The notes below the pieces were generated by a model. That model did no database searches and had not been told where the DNA came from. It worked only from the letters and a program-made list of their open reading frames with translations. Shown piece after piece: positions 17,778 through 20,072 of a DNA stretch of 20,072 nucleotides; position 1 is the stretch's first letter, and each line of letters starts with the position of its first letter. The position numbers and the translations under genes were made by a program. This stretch comes from Thermofilaceae archaeon (lineage in GTDB: Archaea; Thermoproteota; Thermoprotei; Thermofilales; Thermofilaceae), in the NCBI GenBank assembly GCA_038727095.1, contig JAVYWK010000030.1, positions 1 through 20,072 on the forward strand. The letters run 5' to 3'.

Positions 17778-18248
17778 TCAACCAATCGAGTGCTCTCGCG
17801 GATTCTGCTCAAGGCTTCCCGGCTTCAGCTTCTCCTTCAGCTTTCTCCCCCTCTCAATCGCTTCGAGCTTCTCCTCGAGGCTCCTGTGGTACTCGATTCT
17901 GTGCTTTACATCCTCCCAGACTTTTCTCCAGTAGTAGAAGTACTCCGAGATTTCAAGCTCGTCCCCGAAGAGGACGATGTAGTTATCGATGATCGAGGCT
18001 TTCACCTTCAATGGTAGCAACTCGAAAACCCTCACATCGTAGATCGGCTTAAACCTGCCGATGAGACTGCGCTGAATCTCCAGGTTCTTACCCTGATCCT
18101 TCAGCCTCGTAATCACAGCTACGTCAATGTCCGACCCCTCTCTAAACTCCCCCGTCACGTAGGAGCCGAAGACAACCGCTTCGAAGCTCGAGAGAGCTTG
18201 GAGATCCCTCTTAATCTCCTCGAGACTGGGCTTCGAGCGCATTCTCAA
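17778..18248 (-). CDS. MNT (MntA-like) nucleotidyltransferase antitoxin
   Basis: VVFGSYVTGEFREGSDIDVAV and YDVRVFELLPLKVK; GGAGGG RBS; overlaps the 3' end of hepT. Confidence 0.9.
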   Translation of the reverse strand: MRMRSKPSLEEIKRDLQALSSFEAVVFGSYVTGEFREGSDIDVAVITRLKDQGKNLEIQRSLIGRFKPIYDVRVFELLPLKVKASIIDNYIVLFGDELEISEYFYYWRKVWEDVKHRIEYHRSLEEKLEAIERGRKLKEKLKPGSLEQNPREHSIG

Positions 18249-18614
18249 CCCTCCTTATGAACTCGAAAAGCGTCTCCTTAACCCTATCGACGGACTCGAG
18301 AACCAGCTTCTTATCCAACCTGTTGTACCTGTGAACCAGCCAGTTCCTCAACCCATTGCACATCTTCAGCTTTGTAGCTAGCTCCTCATCGATCACTCCG
18401 ATTTCTCGGAGGTACTCGATATTCGTGTAATCGTCTTCAACGCGCCTGCCGAGATCCTTGACAAGCATCGCACAGGTATCCATGGCAGCTTCGATCGAAG
18501 TAAGAGATTGTAAAACGTCCCGCTAACCTCAATCGGCCTTTCAGGCCGTTCAGGGATCTCGCTCAAAGCCTCAATGATATACTCGATCTTCTCCTTGTAC
18601 CGCTGAAACCTCAT
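18211..18614 (-). pseudogene. HepT/DUF86 HEPN RNase, frameshifted
   Basis: Two ORFs (18393-18614 and 18211-18483). Adding one base near 18500 restores MRFQRYKEKIEY...FYNLLTSIEAAMD...GLRNWLVHRY (Rx4HxY), 134 aa. Confidence 0.85.
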
Positions 18615-18720
18615 CGGGATTCGATATCGAGAGAGCCGTTTTAGTCTTTCCGGTGACAGACCGGCACGCCACGAGCCTCCGCCCGGAAACTCGAAGCGAT
18701 TATGCTGCCGGGTACGCTTT

Positions 18721-19062
18721 CTACGGGGTTAGCTGAGTCACTTTCACTCCGACTAGCTTTTCGATTATCTCCGCCACCCTTGAAAAATCCTCGTCGGCTG
18801 TGAGCAGCTCCTCCAAATCCCCCCGATCCCTCAAGGCATCGATGTAGGCGAGGTGCATCAGATCTAACGCCCCTAGGCTGATGGTGCTCGACAGCTTGAG
18901 AGCCCTGGAAACCGGTTTGCTGACCGCCAGGAAATAGTAGCTTTCAGAACCCTCGACTTTCACGTACCTCAACTTGAACCTTCTCACGATGTATAGGATC
19001 GCTGCGGGTAGAAGCAGGTCACGCGCCTCAATTCCCAAGCCCCGAGCTAGATCCCGGCGCAA
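18721..19062 (-). pseudogene. 5'-truncated PIN-domain gene fragment
   Basis: The C-terminal PIN motifs LGALDLMHLAY and LLTADEDF are present. The N-terminal DTS motif and any antitoxin are absent; the upstream part of the ORF (to 19125) looks non-coding. Confidence 0.7.
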
Positions 19063-19275
19063 CCTTCCTCTACGTTTGGGGGATCGTCTAGGTTGTTTAG
19101 TCGCGGCTAAACTGCTTTCTTCCAACGGTTACGCCTGGGGGAAGGCGATCCTTAATGACGGCAGAAAATGCAGGAGTATGGTTCCGCAGGGTGAGATACG
19201 GTGAGATAAAGGAACCTCCTTTAGCTGTAGGCCAGTGGTAACGCTTAAAGCACTAGCTGGCCTTTCGATGCTGGG

Positions 19276-19638
19276 ATGGGCCACATAGTGGCAGAGGTTA
19301 GGCTCTACAACCCTTATGACACTTCCAGGTCTTTGGCGCTGAGGCTGCTAGTTGATACGGGTAGTGCTTACAGCTGGGTTAGGCGGGAGAGACTCGAGAG
19401 CCTAGGCATAAAGCCAATGGCGAAGTGGAAGTTGAGAACGATCGAGGGGAGGGTTGTTGAGCGTGAGATCGGTGAGGCCGTGTTTGAGTGCTTGGGTGAG
19501 AGGGCTACTAGGATTGTCGTATTCGCGGAGGGGGATGATGCTGAGGTCCTGGGGGTTGACGCCCTAGAGGGCTTGAGGCTCGAAGTCGATCCCGTGACGA
19601 GGCAGCTCAGGAAGGTTGAAGCTCTACTTGCACTGTAG
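19276..19638 (+). CDS. Retropepsin-like (clan AA) aspartyl protease, single domain
   Basis: LLVDTGSAY catalytic motif and VLGVDALEGL; TTAAAG about 25-30 nt upstream. Confidence 0.9.
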   Translation: MGHIVAEVRLYNPYDTSRSLALRLLVDTGSAYSWVRRERLESLGIKPMAKWKLRTIEGRVVEREIGEAVFECLGERATRIVVFAEGDDAEVLGVDALEGLRLEVDPVTRQLRKVEALLAL

Positions 19639-19731
19639 ATCGATTCTCCCGCGCTAACCTCCTGGTGGTTAGAGGGTTCACAAGGAGCGGCGCGCGAATG
19701 CTTAAATCACGTTTGTACAGCTTAGTCCGCA

Positions 19732-20072
19732 ATGGAGAGATATCAGCCGGGCTACTCTTCACTTAACTCTCTCATCGAGGCTAGGATTAGGGAGGTGAAC
19801 GACGCTCTGCAGCTCCTCAGGAGTCTCGTGGCTAGGCGGTTTGAGGAGTTGACGGTTTACGAGAGGCTTGCTATCAGGTACCTCGTCATACAGCCTGTTG
19901 AAGCCGCGGCTGGCATATGCGTACGCCTGCTCTTGAGGGTTTACGGCGAGACGGCTGAAGGCTACCCGGAGTGCTTTACGAGACTCGCGTCGAAGGGGGT
20001 TCTACCCGAGAGCTTAGCCCTCAGGCTGGCTTCGGCGGCGAGGCTTAGAAACCTCCTCGTCCACAGGTACTG
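19732..20072 (+). CDS. HepT/DUF86 HEPN RNase (runs off the window's right edge; absent from the ORF track)
   Basis: MERYQPGY...RLAIRYLVIQPVEAAAGIC...GYPECFTRLASKGVL...RLRNLLVHRY (Rx4HxY); CTTAAAT TATA-like box at 19701-19707. Confidence 0.88.
   Translation, partial: MERYQPGYSSLNSLIEARIREVNDALQLLRSLVARRFEELTVYERLAIRYLVIQPVEAAAGICVRLLLRVYGETAEGYPECFTRLASKGVLPESLALRLASAARLRNLLVHRY

Noticed and set aside
19654-19672. CTAACC-N7-GGTTAG hairpin after the protease gene
   Set aside because: A 6-bp stem with no T-tract; chance-level.

Overview
GC-rich archaeal DNA, most like Thermofilaceae/Thermoproteota (inferred from the gene families, TATA-type promoters and GGTG/GGAGG RBSs). The left 6.2 kb is a DNA-end-processing cluster: the 3' end of a probable nurA, then a reverse-oriented PaREP1/HEPN-like gene, then herA-mre11-rad50. 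The standout feature is the Rad50/SbcC protein. It has all the ABC-head motifs but no CxxC zinc hook (one Cys in 839 aa), and at the coiled-coil apex it carries a 38-residue uncharged hairpin (W397-V434), suggesting a membrane-tethered Mre11-Rad50(-HerA-NurA) machine. The rest is an accessory region: an ABC-exporter operon with a wHTH regulator, six more toxin-antitoxin loci or remnants (three with a disrupted toxin), a lower-GC UDG-fold orphan, a ~1120-aa surface metalloprotease-like gene split by a +1 frameshift at a C6 tract, a decayed surface-protein remnant containing a 29-bp palindrome, a low-GC HExxH protein and a clan AA aspartyl protease. No rRNA, tRNA, CRISPR array or transposase was recognised. 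All calls come from motif recognition by eye; no searches were run.
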